Assembly: GCA_023265155.1 (NCBI GenBank)
Contig: JAHFUL010000002.1
Coordinates: 36,188 to 78,967, forward strand
DNA: 42,780 nucleotides
Source: Acidobacteriota bacterium
GTDB taxonomy: Bacteria; Acidobacteriota; Vicinamibacteria; Vicinamibacterales; CAVVIG01
Reading direction: 5' to 3'
This document shows positions 28,891 to 38,704 of the stretch, piece by piece. Within the stretch, counting starts at the first letter, position 1. Every line of letters starts with the position of its first letter. The notes below the pieces were generated by a model. It saw nothing but the letters and a program-made list of their open reading frames with translations. It was not told the origin of the DNA and made no database searches. Position numbers and translations under genes: made by a program.

Positions 28891-30180
28891 TCACCCACCG
28901 CCGCCGCGCTTGTCGGCGTTGATCTCGTACTGCAGTATCTGGGGGTCGAGCGAGGCGATCAGTGGGTTGTCATCCGGCGTGACAACCACGATGCCCGAGT
29001 CGGTGACGGTGTGACGCTTCCGATCCTCATCGGGGTCGTAACCGATGAGGGCGCCGCGCGGGATGAGCACGTCGCGGTCGATGATGGCGCGGCGAATCTT
29101 GGCGTGGCGGCCAATGCGGACGCCCGGCATCAGGATGCATCGCTCGATGTGGCAAAAGCTGTGCACGCGGACATTGGGACAGAGGACACTGCCCGAGACG
29201 GTACTGCCCGAGACGATGCACCCGGGTGAAATCAGCGAGTCGAGCGCCTGGCCGAAACGCTGGCCCGTTTCGGCAAACACGAACTTGGCCGGCGGGGCCT
29301 GCGGCTGGTACGTGCGCAACGGCCATTCCGGATCGTACAGGTTGAACTCAGGGCTCACCTGACACAGATCCATGTTGGCGTCGAAGTACGCATCGAGGGT
29401 GCCGATGTCGCGCCAGTATTTCGATGCTTTCTTGTTCTCGTCGTAAAAGCGGTACGCGTACAGGGGCTCGCGATGAATCAGCGCCGGAATGATGTCCTTG
29501 CCGAAATCGTGCGTGGTGGACTCGGTGGCGTCGGCCTCGAGCGCGTGAACCAGGACGTCCGTGTCGAAGATGTACACGCCCATCGATGCGAGTGCGAGCT
29601 CCGGGGAGCCCGGAATCGGACTTGGCGTCTGCGGCTTCTCCTGAAAGCCGGTGACGCGCTCCTGCTCTTCGATCGCCACGATGCCGAATCGGCTCGCCTC
29701 CGCGAGAGGGACTTCGATCGCCGCGAGCGTCACCGCCGCCCCGCGCTCCTGATGGAACCTCAACATCCGCGAGTAGTCCATCTTGTACACGTGATCCCCC
29801 GACAGGATGATCAGGTAGCGCGAGTTCTCGCGGAGGATGGAGTACAGATTCTGGTACACCGCGTCCGCCGTGCCCTGGTACCAGTGCTCACTGACGCGTT
29901 TCTGCGGGGGAAGGATCTCCACGAACTCGCCGAGCTCCTCGGAGACCACGTTCCAGCCCATCCGGACATGCCGGTTGAGGGACAGCGACTTGTATTGCGT
30001 CGCGATGAAGACGCGCCGCAGGCCCGAGTTGATGCAGTTGCTCAGGACGAAATCGATGATGCGATACGGCCCGCCAAAGAACACGGCCGGCTTGGCCCGA
30101 TCCTTCGTCAGCGGATACAGGCGCTCGCCGGCACCGCCGGCGAGGACGATGGCGAGACTGTCGTCGAGGAGGGCCGACAC
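28891..30180 (-). CDS. glgC: Glucose-1-phosphate adenylyltransferase
   Basis: LAGGAGERLYPLT, RAKPAV, WYQGTADAV, LSGDHVYKMDY, ASMGVY, DFGKD, YWRDIGT. Confidence 0.96.
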   Translation of the reverse strand: MSALLDDSLAIVLAGGAGERLYPLTKDRAKPAVFFGGPYRIIDFVLSNCINSGLRRVFIATQYKSLSLNRHVRMGWNVVSEELGEFVEILPPQKRVSEHWYQGTADAVYQNLYSILRENSRYLIILSGDHVYKMDYSRMLRFHQERGAAVTLAAIEVPLAEASRFGIVAIEEQERVTGFQEKPQTPSPIPGSPELALASMGVYIFDTDVLVHALEADATESTTHDFGKDIIPALIHREPLYAYRFYDENKKASKYWRDIGTLDAYFDANMDLCQVSPEFNLYDPEWPLRTYQPQAPPAKFVFAETGQRFGQALDSLISPGCIVSGSTVSGSVLCPNVRVHSFCHIERCILMPGVRIGRHAKIRRAIIDRDVLIPRGALIGYDPDEDRKRHTVTDSGIVVVTPDDNPLIASLDPQILQYEINADKRGGGG

Positions 30181-30182
30181 GC

Positions 30183-30809
30183 TCAGCTCCGCCGGAGGAT
30201 GACGCGCGCCGGCGCGCCGTCCGCGCCGACGATGCGCAAGGGGAGACAGAACATGTCATAGATTCCGGGCTCGACGTCGCGGAGATTCAGTCCTTCAATC
30301 ACGATCGTGCCGCCGCCGAGCAGAATATGGTGAGCGGGCGCGCCCGGCTTCTTGAATTCCTCGACCGACAGATAATCCACACCGACGACCTTCACGCCGT
30401 GATCGACCAGGTAACGGGCTGCCGCCTCGGTGATGCCGAGGTAGTCCGTGCGGAATTCAGATGATCCCCAGAGGTGGGAGTTGTGGGTCTTGAAGAGCAC
30501 GCGGAGATCCTCGGAGAGGTCGAGGGCTGCGAGATCGCCGGGGGCGATGGCTTTCCGGTTCAGCAGTTCGACGACGCGGGTTCGACCGAGGAGCAGCTCG
30601 AGCGCCAGCGACTCGACCCCGGGTCCGTCGTCGAAGAAGTGGCGGGGAGCGTCCACGTGCGTGCCGGTGTGCGCGCTCAAATGAAGCGTCGACACGTTAG
30701 AGCTGTCGCCACGGGCGATCCGCTTGATCGGCTCGACGTTGAAAGGCGTGTTCCCGGGGTAGACCGGAAGGTTCGCGTCGAGCGGCACCGTGACGTCGAT
30801 GAGCTTCAT
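30183..30809 (-). CDS. Cyclase-family metal hydrolase (kynurenine formamidase-like)
   Basis: HTGTHVDAPRHF signature, GVDYLS, IEGL, DGAPAR. Confidence 0.92.
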   Translation of the reverse strand: MKLIDVTVPLDANLPVYPGNTPFNVEPIKRIARGDSSNVSTLHLSAHTGTHVDAPRHFFDDGPGVESLALELLLGRTRVVELLNRKAIAPGDLAALDLSEDLRVLFKTHNSHLWGSSEFRTDYLGITEAAARYLVDHGVKVVGVDYLSVEEFKKPGAPAHHILLGGGTIVIEGLNLRDVEPGIYDMFCLPLRIVGADGAPARVILRRS

Positions 30810-30909
30810 GGCACGAACCGGCTGGCGATGATAGCACGCACGCGAGAACCCGCCCGGGGACACGCCACGGCCCCGAAGGAACCGACTGAAGTGCTGATGC
30901 TAGAACGGT

Positions 30910-30938
30910 TTGACATGGCGGGATCGGCCGCCTATGAT
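30910..30938 (+). promoter_or_regulatory. Sigma70-type promoter
   Basis: TTGACA (30910-15), 17-nt spacer, TATGAT (30933-38); GGAG SD before the ATG at 30983. Confidence 0.8.
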
Positions 30939-30982
30939 GAGCTGTTTAAATATCGTTTTTCTGTTACGCTGGAGACGATTTT

Positions 30983-32086
30983 ATGGTCATTGCGCGACGC
31001 GCGTTGGTTCTCGCTTCCATCGTGGCTCTCCTTGGTTCCGCGACGCTCGCGGCGCAGCGAGGCAACACAGCCCAGGGAGGCGGCCGGGGAGGACGTGGGG
31101 GCGGCGGTCTCACAGAAGCCCAGCGAAAAGCCATCCAGGCGATTACCGCGCTGGCTGACGACGCGGCGGCGGGACGTCCCGCACCAAACGATATGTCACT
31201 GGCGTGGGTCCACGACGATGTGCTGAAGGTGGCGCAGGAGGGGCAGGCGTTCGTGCCCTTCATCGTCACGATCGACCCCTCCAAGGTGGCTCCTGGCCCC
31301 GTGTCGGTTTACTGGCGCGTTGTGTCGAAGAACGCGCCTCCTGCGCCCCCTCCGTCAAGCGACAAGGACAAGAAGAACGACAAGAAAGCGCCGACGCCCC
31401 CGCCGTCCTTTGCATACGAGGCGCTCACCTCGGCGACCGTTGCTGCCGGACAGCAGCCGATGCGCATCAGCCGCTCGTTCACAACTCTATCGGGCAACTA
31501 CGACGTGTACGTCGTGGTGAAGGAAGGTTTGCCGACGGGAGACAACAAGAAGCCCGACAAGAATGCCCCGGCGCCGAAAGCCTCGGTCATCAGGCAGCCG
31601 ATCACGGTCCCGGATTTGTGGAATGGCGAGCTCAACACGAGCTCGGTCATCATTGCCGAGAAACTCGAGCCGCTGCCGGCGCCGTTGTCCGCGCAGGAAA
31701 AGATCAACCGCCCGTACGCGCTCGGCGGGATCGAGATCATTCCGTACACACGGACGAAATTCGTCAAGAAAGAAGAGCTCGACGCGTTCATCCTGATCTA
31801 CAACGCCAAGACCGACGCGGCCAGCCAGCCGGACGTGAAGGTCGAGTTCAACTTCTACTCGAAGCAGGCCGGCGGCGAGAAGTTCTTCAACAGCACGCTT
31901 CCGGCGAACCTGAATGGCCAGACCCTGTCGGCCCAGGACTTGGCCGCCGGGCAGTTGCAGGCGGGACAGGCCGTCCCGCTGGCGAGCTTCCCGGAGGGTG
32001 ACTACCGTCTGGAAATCAAGGTGACCGACAACGTCGCGAAGAAAGAACTGAAGCGCGACGTGAACTTCTCGGTGACCGGTTCGTAG
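30983..32086 (+). CDS. Secreted/periplasmic beta-rich protein of unknown function
   Basis: Signal peptide, two Lys/Pro linkers, and an Ig-like C-terminus (VPLASFPEGDYRLEIKVTD...VNFSV) reminiscent of the C-terminal part of acidobacterial GWxTD/VWA proteins. Confidence 0.75.
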   Translation: MVIARRALVLASIVALLGSATLAAQRGNTAQGGGRGGRGGGGLTEAQRKAIQAITALADDAAAGRPAPNDMSLAWVHDDVLKVAQEGQAFVPFIVTIDPSKVAPGPVSVYWRVVSKNAPPAPPPSSDKDKKNDKKAPTPPPSFAYEALTSATVAAGQQPMRISRSFTTLSGNYDVYVVVKEGLPTGDNKKPDKNAPAPKASVIRQPITVPDLWNGELNTSSVIIAEKLEPLPAPLSAQEKINRPYALGGIEIIPYTRTKFVKKEELDAFILIYNAKTDAASQPDVKVEFNFYSKQAGGEKFFNSTLPANLNGQTLSAQDLAAGQLQAGQAVPLASFPEGDYRLEIKVTDNVAKKELKRDVNFSVTGS

Positions 32087-32113
32087 CCGTAACCCCGCCG
32101 AGGCGAGTGAACG

Positions 32114-34051
32114 ATGAGAAGCACCATCAGACTGACAGCGGCGGCGGTCGGCGGGTTGGTGCTTCTGGGAACGTCCGCGATCGTGAGCGCGCAGGGCACC
32201 GGAGTGCGGGTGCAGCCTGTCAGCTGGACGGCTCCGATCGCTCCGATCACTCCGGGTTCCATCGAGGGCGTGGTGAGCGATGAGAAGGGCTCGCCGATTG
32301 CCAGAGCATTGGTGTCGGCTCTGGGCACCACGACCACATTCACGACCACCGATCAGAAGGGCCGATTCGAGCTGCGGTCTCTTCCGCCCGGCCGGTATTT
32401 CGTCCACGCGCGTCTGAGTGGATACGCCGCGGCGCGACCGCAGCTGGTCGAAGTTCACGCCAGCTCCCGTGCCGCGACGTCGATCGCGCTCCGTCGCGCT
32501 GATGTGGCCTCGGCGCCCGTTCTGGCCGCCGGCCTGGGGGCCAAGCCGACGAGTCCTGATCCCACCGATACCGACGCGTCCAATCCTTCCAACGATCGGG
32601 CTCCCGACACCGTCGCCGATCCGGATGAAACGGCCTGGAGGCTCAACCACGGGCGGAAAACCATCTTGAAAGACGCGTCGTATTTCGACGGACTTTTCGC
32701 GAGCGGAGCCCCCGCCACTGTTCTGAACCCTCTCGACTATGCTGCCCGGGCGGCTGGCTCGTCCTTGCGGCTGGCGTCGAGCTTCATCAGCGACACACCG
32801 TTCTCCGGTCAGGTCAACCTCCTGACGAGCGGTTCGTTCGAGGCGCCACGAGAGCTCTTTTCCCCGGGCACGGTTTCGCGCGGCATCGCGTATGTCAGCC
32901 TGTCAGCGCCGGCCGGTTCACAGGCGGACTGGACCGTCCGCGGCGCCTTGACCCAGGCAGACATCTCTTCCTGGATTGTTGCCGGGTCGTACGAGACCCG
33001 CGCGACGGCTCACCAGCAGCGTGGGTTCGGCCTTTCGTACAGCACCCAGCGCTACGACGGCGGCAATCCCCTGGCGCTTCGCGAAGTCACCGACGGGAGC
33101 CGCAACGTCGGCGAGATCTACGGGTTCGAGACGCTTACGCTGATGCCGGCGATGTCACTGACCTACGGCGGACGGTATGCGCAGTACGACTATCTCGAAG
33201 GCCGCAACCTGATCAGCCCAAGGGTCGAACTGGTCCTGACCCCCGGCGAGAACGTGCGCATCAACGGAGAATTGTCGCGACGGGCGCTCGCCCCTGGGGC
33301 CGAAGAGTTCCTGCCACCCGGCGACTCTGGGATCTGGCTCCCGCCGCAGCGGACGTTTTCGGCGCTCGAGCCGGGCCGCCCGCTGCAAGCCGAGCAGACC
33401 CTGAACGCCGCCGTTGGTGTCGAACGCGATTTCGGCGCGTCCACCCTCTCCTTCCGGGCGTTTCACCAACGCGTGAGCGATCAGCTGATGACGCTGTTCG
33501 GCGCCGAGATGCCGGATCAGCCGAGCGCCAAGCTTGGACACTACTTCGTCGGCAGCGCGGGGGACGCGAAGGCCACCGGCGGTTCGGCCACATTCGAGAC
33601 CGCCCTGTCCAAGCGGGTTCGCGGGTCCGTCGAGTACTCGCTCACGAACGCGCGGCTCAGACCCGTCGGCGACCTGAAATACATCATCTTGATGGCGCCC
33701 TCTGCCGTGCGCCCGGAAGCCGAACAAATCCACGATGTTGTGGCGTCCATCGAAACGAGCGTGCCCGAGACCGCCACGAGAATCCTGATGCTCTATCGCA
33801 TCGGCAACGGGTTCGCCCACGGATCGCAGGTGTCCACCGGCACAACCACGAAGCGCGCGCTGGACTCCCGCTTCGACCTGCAGGTCCGCCAGTCGCTGCC
33901 ATTCATGGATTTCCGGACGGCTCGGTGGGAGATGCTCCTCGCGGTCCGCAATTTCTTCCGCGAAACAACGGCCGACCAGTCCATCTACGATGAGCTGCTC
34001 GTCATTCGGCCGCCGAAGCGCATCGTCGGCGGTATCACGATGCTTTTCTAG
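32114..34051 (+). CDS. Outer-membrane beta-barrel protein with N-terminal carboxypeptidase-regulatory-like domain (TonB-dependent receptor-like)
   Basis: GSIEGVVSDEKGSPIARA...TTDQKGRFELRSLPPGRY; amphipathic strands (SPRVE, AVRN); C-terminal Phe (GGITMLF). Confidence 0.78.
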   Translation: MRSTIRLTAAAVGGLVLLGTSAIVSAQGTGVRVQPVSWTAPIAPITPGSIEGVVSDEKGSPIARALVSALGTTTTFTTTDQKGRFELRSLPPGRYFVHARLSGYAAARPQLVEVHASSRAATSIALRRADVASAPVLAAGLGAKPTSPDPTDTDASNPSNDRAPDTVADPDETAWRLNHGRKTILKDASYFDGLFASGAPATVLNPLDYAARAAGSSLRLASSFISDTPFSGQVNLLTSGSFEAPRELFSPGTVSRGIAYVSLSAPAGSQADWTVRGALTQADISSWIVAGSYETRATAHQQRGFGLSYSTQRYDGGNPLALREVTDGSRNVGEIYGFETLTLMPAMSLTYGGRYAQYDYLEGRNLISPRVELVLTPGENVRINGELSRRALAPGAEEFLPPGDSGIWLPPQRTFSALEPGRPLQAEQTLNAAVGVERDFGASTLSFRAFHQRVSDQLMTLFGAEMPDQPSAKLGHYFVGSAGDAKATGGSATFETALSKRVRGSVEYSLTNARLRPVGDLKYIILMAPSAVRPEAEQIHDVVASIETSVPETATRILMLYRIGNGFAHGSQVSTGTTTKRALDSRFDLQVRQSLPFMDFRTARWEMLLAVRNFFRETTADQSIYDELLVIRPPKRIVGGITMLF

Positions 34052-34096
34052 ATATTGTTCCCCTCCACGGCCCGATTGGATCCAAACTATTGAATG

Positions 34097-34122
34097 AGTG
34101 AATCCAGTCAACTGGATTCACT
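34097..34122. promoter_or_regulatory. Perfect 12-bp inverted repeat, candidate operator
   Basis: AGTGAATCCAGT-ca-ACTGGATTCACT in the AT-rich gap before the kinase. Confidence 0.6.
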
Positions 34123-34273
34123 GTCGTTTCCCTACGTTTTTTGTTAGCGCCGTGCGGCGTCTCGCGTGGCCGGGCTCACAATGTCTAACGTGGCGGTGTC
34201 TCCCTCAAACCGCGGCCTTCGGGACGACTCAGACTCCTTGGTGCGCTCCGAGCCTGTCGACAGGTCTGCATTG

Positions 34274-37180
34274 ATGGCCACGAAGGAGACCCGATGGTTC
34301 GCATGGGGCCGCTCCGTTCTGGCGGTCGCGCTGGTTCTGGTTCTGCTGGGGCTAGGAATCTCGAACATCGCCCTTCGTGCACGCTGGCATCCGGTCGAGG
34401 ACGGGGTGCTTTGGGGTGCGCGGACAGAGGGCGTGACGGCTGTCGAGGTCGCGCCGGCCTCCGGAGGTGCCGCCGCCGGCATCCAACGAGGCGACGTGCT
34501 GCTCGCTGTCGACAGCGTGCCGGTGCGCACCCCCGACGAGGTACTGGACTATCAACGGCACGCTGACCCGGGCCGTCCACTCACCTACACCCTCGCCCGA
34601 CTTGGCGACCAGAGGGTTCTCGACGTTTCTCTTGCGAGCGCGCCGAGACTCGGATCGCTGTATTACGTGCTCGCAACGGTCGGTCTCTTCACGCTGTTGG
34701 TCGGTGCGTCGGTCCGCCTGCGCCGGCCGCGCGACCAGGCGACGCTCCATTTCTTCTGGCTGTGCGTCGCCTTCTTTGGCACGTTCACGTTCTCGTTCAA
34801 TGGACCGCTCGATCGACTGGACTGGGTGTTCTACTGGGGCGATGCCATTGCCACGGTCATGCTGCCTCCGCTGCTGCTGCACTTTACGCTGGGGTTCCCT
34901 CAGCGCCCGTCCGCGCTCGATCGGTCCCGGTGGTCGCCGGTGTTATTGCCGATTTACCTGCCCGCGCTTCTCATCGCCGTCGCGCGGATCGTCGCCGTGT
35001 CGCGCGCCGCGGCAGATGGGCCGGCGTTTTCGCGGACGCTCGGCCTGCTCGACCGGGCAGAGCCGCTGTATCTGTTCACGTGCGCGATGGCCGCCGTCCT
35101 TGTTCTCGCCCGCGCGTCCGAAGAGATCGAGTCGCTGACGGGACGGCGCCAATTGCGATGGATCGCCTGCGGCACCGTGCTCGGTGTGGGTCCGTTCGCG
35201 TTGGGATACGCGCTCCCATGGGCGCTCGGTTCCGACCCGCCGTTCGGGCTGCAGCTCACGGCCATTCCGCTCTGCCTCGTGCCCCTCACCTTCGCGTCGG
35301 CGATCGTGCGCTATCGCCTGCGCGACGTGGAAGTGATCGTGAAGCGCGGCCTCGGTTATGCGGCGTTCCTGGGCGCGACGGCCGGGTTGTTTTTTGCCCT
35401 TCGCAGAACCGTGGGCTTCACCTTCGGCAACGACGCGGACGCGCACAACTGGGTCGTGGCATTTCTGGCGACCATTGTCGTGGTCCTATTGGCGCAGCCC
35501 GTCAAGGCGGCCGTCCAGACCGCGCTCGACCGCGCCTTCTATCGCGATCGCTACGATTACCGGCGTGCGCTCGTGGCGTTTGCGCGCGACCTCAACAGCG
35601 ATCTCGACATCAATCGGCTGAGCCAGCGCCTCGTGGATCGGATCGTCGAAACGCTGGTGCTCGATCGGATGGCGCTGATGCTCGCCGACGACCGCCACGG
35701 CAACTTCCGCGCGGTCGATGATTACGGGTTCGCCGGCGTCGTCCCGGCGCTCGAGCGCGGGTCGTCCTTCACGGCACGTCTCGACACCGGGCACATTGTG
35801 GCGCTCGACGGGTCGGATCCCATTGCGGTCGCCAGGTTCTCGGCGGAGGACGTTGAGTTCTGGCGCGATCAGGGGATCTACTACTTCGTGCCCTGCATTC
35901 ATGAAGGGGCGGCGATCGCCGTGATGGCGCTCGGACGAGAGGAAACCGATGAGCCCTTCAACAGCGAGGACCTCGCCCTCCTGGTGGCTGTCGCCGGCCA
36001 GGTGGCGACGGCCATCGAGAACGGGCGGTTGTACCGGCAGCTTCATGTGAAGGCCGAGGAGCTCGGCCGCCTCCGAGAGTTCAACGAGAACATTCTCGAG
36101 TCGCTCGAGGATGGTCTGATCGTGTTCGATGAGGACGAGCGAGTCGTCCGCTGGAATCGTGCCCTCGAGCACTTTTACGGCATCAGGCAGGCAGACGCGA
36201 TGGGCCGGACGCTGGAGGAGCTGTTCGACGTCCCCTTCGTCGAAGCGCTCCGCGCCGCTCGTCGAGAGAATCCGCTCGGCGCCAGGCTCTTCAAGGTGCC
36301 GCTGACCGCGCGGCGGCCGCGCCCCGAAGCCGGCGCGTCGGCCTCCGACCCGCTGCGGCTGCTGGTGAATGCGACGGTCGTTCCGCTTCGAGGCGGCGCG
36401 AATCCGGAGGCGGTTGCTGGAACGATTCTCCTCCTGGAAGACCTCACCGATCGCGTGCGGCTGGAAGAGCAGCTGCAGATTTCCGAGAAGATGGCGTCGA
36501 TCGGTTTGCTGGCTGCCGGCGTCGCGCACGAGGTCAACACGCCGCTGACGGGCATCTCGAGTTTCACGCAGATGCTGCTCGAAGGCGCCGTTCCGGGCGA
36601 TCCCAGGACGATCCTGCTCGAGAAGATCGAGCGGCAGACCTTCCGCGCGGCCAGGATCGTGAACGGCCTCCTCACGCTGTCGCGTCCGGGCACCGCCGGC
36701 AGCGAGCGGACGAATGTCGACCTCAACGACGTGATCACCGATGTCTTCTCGCTGCTCGAGCATCAGTTCACGGCCGGCAAGATCAAAGTACGCCGCGAGC
36801 TGTCACCGGATCGGGTGGACGTCCTCGGCATCGAGCACCAGCTTCAGCAGGTGTTTCTCAATCTGTTTCTCAACGCACGCGACGCGATGCCGCGCGGCGG
36901 CTGGCTCACGGTGACGACGCGGGCCGAGGGGGATCAGTTCATCGCCGAGGTGTCGGATACGGGCTCGGGAATTCCACCGGAGCACCTGGCGAGGATCTAC
37001 GATCCATTTTTCACGACGAAGGCGATCGGCCGTGGCACGGGCCTCGGCCTCTCGATTTCGTACGGCATCGTGCATGAGCACGGCGGGTCGATTCGCTGCG
37101 ACAGTGGCGTGGGGCAGGGAACCCGATTCACAGTGATGCTGCCGGCAGCGCGGACCGTCGCGCGCAGCGCGGCGCAGTGA
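34274..37180 (+). CDS. Membrane sensor histidine kinase: PDZ, multi-TM, GAF, PAS, HisKA/HATPase
   Basis: PDZ segment VAPASGGAAAGIQRGDVLLAVD; many TMs; GAF FNSEDLALLVAVAGQVATAIEN; PAS VRWNRALE; H-box AHEVNTPL; NLFLNARDA; DTGSGI; DPFFTTK; GTGLGL. Alternative starts at 34166 and 34181. Confidence 0.94.
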   Translation: MATKETRWFAWGRSVLAVALVLVLLGLGISNIALRARWHPVEDGVLWGARTEGVTAVEVAPASGGAAAGIQRGDVLLAVDSVPVRTPDEVLDYQRHADPGRPLTYTLARLGDQRVLDVSLASAPRLGSLYYVLATVGLFTLLVGASVRLRRPRDQATLHFFWLCVAFFGTFTFSFNGPLDRLDWVFYWGDAIATVMLPPLLLHFTLGFPQRPSALDRSRWSPVLLPIYLPALLIAVARIVAVSRAAADGPAFSRTLGLLDRAEPLYLFTCAMAAVLVLARASEEIESLTGRRQLRWIACGTVLGVGPFALGYALPWALGSDPPFGLQLTAIPLCLVPLTFASAIVRYRLRDVEVIVKRGLGYAAFLGATAGLFFALRRTVGFTFGNDADAHNWVVAFLATIVVVLLAQPVKAAVQTALDRAFYRDRYDYRRALVAFARDLNSDLDINRLSQRLVDRIVETLVLDRMALMLADDRHGNFRAVDDYGFAGVVPALERGSSFTARLDTGHIVALDGSDPIAVARFSAEDVEFWRDQGIYYFVPCIHEGAAIAVMALGREETDEPFNSEDLALLVAVAGQVATAIENGRLYRQLHVKAEELGRLREFNENILESLEDGLIVFDEDERVVRWNRALEHFYGIRQADAMGRTLEELFDVPFVEALRAARRENPLGARLFKVPLTARRPRPEAGASASDPLRLLVNATVVPLRGGANPEAVAGTILLLEDLTDRVRLEEQLQISEKMASIGLLAAGVAHEVNTPLTGISSFTQMLLEGAVPGDPRTILLEKIERQTFRAARIVNGLLTLSRPGTAGSERTNVDLNDVITDVFSLLEHQFTAGKIKVRRELSPDRVDVLGIEHQLQQVFLNLFLNARDAMPRGGWLTVTTRAEGDQFIAEVSDTGSGIPPEHLARIYDPFFTTKAIGRGTGLGLSISYGIVHEHGGSIRCDSGVGQGTRFTVMLPAARTVARSAAQ

Positions 37181-38691
37181 GCATGGTCACATCCGCGCAA
37201 ACGCGAAAAGGCACGATCCTCGTCATCGACGACGAAGAGATCATGCGGGAGATTCTCGAGACGCTCCTCGGTCGTGAGGGGTACGACGTGCGGTGCGCGG
37301 CGTCGGGCCCGGAGGGCCTCGATCTCGCGCGGGCGCTGCCCTTCGATGCCGCGCTCGTCGACATCATGATGCCCGGACTCGACGGCATCGCGACCCTCGA
37401 CGAACTGAAGCGGATCGATGAGGACCTGGCCGTCATCATCATCACGGCGTACGCGTCGGTCGGCAGTGCGATCGCCGCCATGAAGAGCGGCGCCTTCGAC
37501 TACATCGCCAAGCCCTTCAAGAACGAAGAAGTGCTCGTGGTCGTCCGCAACGCGATGGAGCGCCGGCGGCTCGTGCACGAGAACCGATCGCTCCGCCAGA
37601 ACATCCAGGAGCGCTATCACAAGTTCGCGAACATCATCGGCCGCAGCCCCCGCATGCGACAGGTGTTCGATCTCATCATTCAGGCGGCGCCCAGCCGGTC
37701 GACGATTCTCATTCAAGGCGAGAGCGGCACCGGCAAGGAGCTCGTGGCGCGCGCGATCCATGCCAATTCGTCGCGGTCGGACCGCTCGTTCGTCGCCGTG
37801 AATTCGGGGAACCTCCCGCCGGACCTCCTCGAGTCGACGCTCTTCGGCCATGTGAAGGGCGCGTTCACCGGAGCGGTCTACGCCAAGAAGGGGTTCTTCG
37901 ATCTCGCGGATCGAGGCAGCATCTTCTTCGACGAGATCGGCAACGTGCCGCCGGAAACGCAGGCCAAGCTGCTTCGCGTCATTCAGGAGCGCGATTTCAT
38001 GCGGCTGGGCGGCATGGAGACGATCAAGGTCGACGTGCGGATCATTGCCGCGACCAACGTGGATCTGCGCCAGATGATGGAAGAAGGCCGCTTCCGCGAG
38101 GACCTGTTCTATCGGCTGCACGTGATCTCGATTCAGCTGCCGCCCCTTCGCGATCGCAAGGACGACATTCCGCTCCTCGTTCAGCATTTTTTCCTGAAGT
38201 ACGGCGAGGACAACAGGAAAACGGACCTGGAACTGACCCCCGACGCCCTGGACCTGCTCACCGCGTACGACTGGCCCGGGAACGTCCGGGAGCTCGAGAA
38301 CGTCATCGAGCGCGCCGTCGTCTTGACGCCAGGACCGCGCATTGGGGTCGAGCTCGTGCCGGAGCACGTCCGGAAGGCGCCGAATTTCGCCATGCCGACG
38401 TTCGTCATGCCGCCAGAAGGCATCTCGTTCAAGGACGTCATCACGGATTTCGAAAAGCGGCTGATCGAGTCGACGCTCGAGACGGCGGGCGGTGTGCAGA
38501 AGCGGGCGGCGGAGCTCCTGCACATCAAGCCAACGACGCTCAATGAGATGATCAAGCGGTACGATATCCGGCCGCGCCGGAAACGTCACGTCAACGGAAG
38601 CGGGAGTGACCGGGAGCCGAACGCCGGCACCGAGGCGCCCGAGCTGCCGTCCCCCGTTGGCGATCCTCCGCCAGCGCTCAGCAACAAATAA
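37177..38691 (+). CDS. Sigma54-dependent NtrC-family response regulator (REC-AAA-Fis HTH)
   Basis: IDDE, DIMMPG, KPF; GESGTGKE; intact GAFTGA; FREDLFYRL; WPGNVRELEN; AAELLHI. Confidence 0.96.
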   Translation: MSMVTSAQTRKGTILVIDDEEIMREILETLLGREGYDVRCAASGPEGLDLARALPFDAALVDIMMPGLDGIATLDELKRIDEDLAVIIITAYASVGSAIAAMKSGAFDYIAKPFKNEEVLVVVRNAMERRRLVHENRSLRQNIQERYHKFANIIGRSPRMRQVFDLIIQAAPSRSTILIQGESGTGKELVARAIHANSSRSDRSFVAVNSGNLPPDLLESTLFGHVKGAFTGAVYAKKGFFDLADRGSIFFDEIGNVPPETQAKLLRVIQERDFMRLGGMETIKVDVRIIAATNVDLRQMMEEGRFREDLFYRLHVISIQLPPLRDRKDDIPLLVQHFFLKYGEDNRKTDLELTPDALDLLTAYDWPGNVRELENVIERAVVLTPGPRIGVELVPEHVRKAPNFAMPTFVMPPEGISFKDVITDFEKRLIESTLETAGGVQKRAAELLHIKPTTLNEMIKRYDIRPRRKRHVNGSGSDREPNAGTEAPELPSPVGDPPPALSNK

Positions 38692-38704
38692 CGCCCGCCT
38701 GTCC

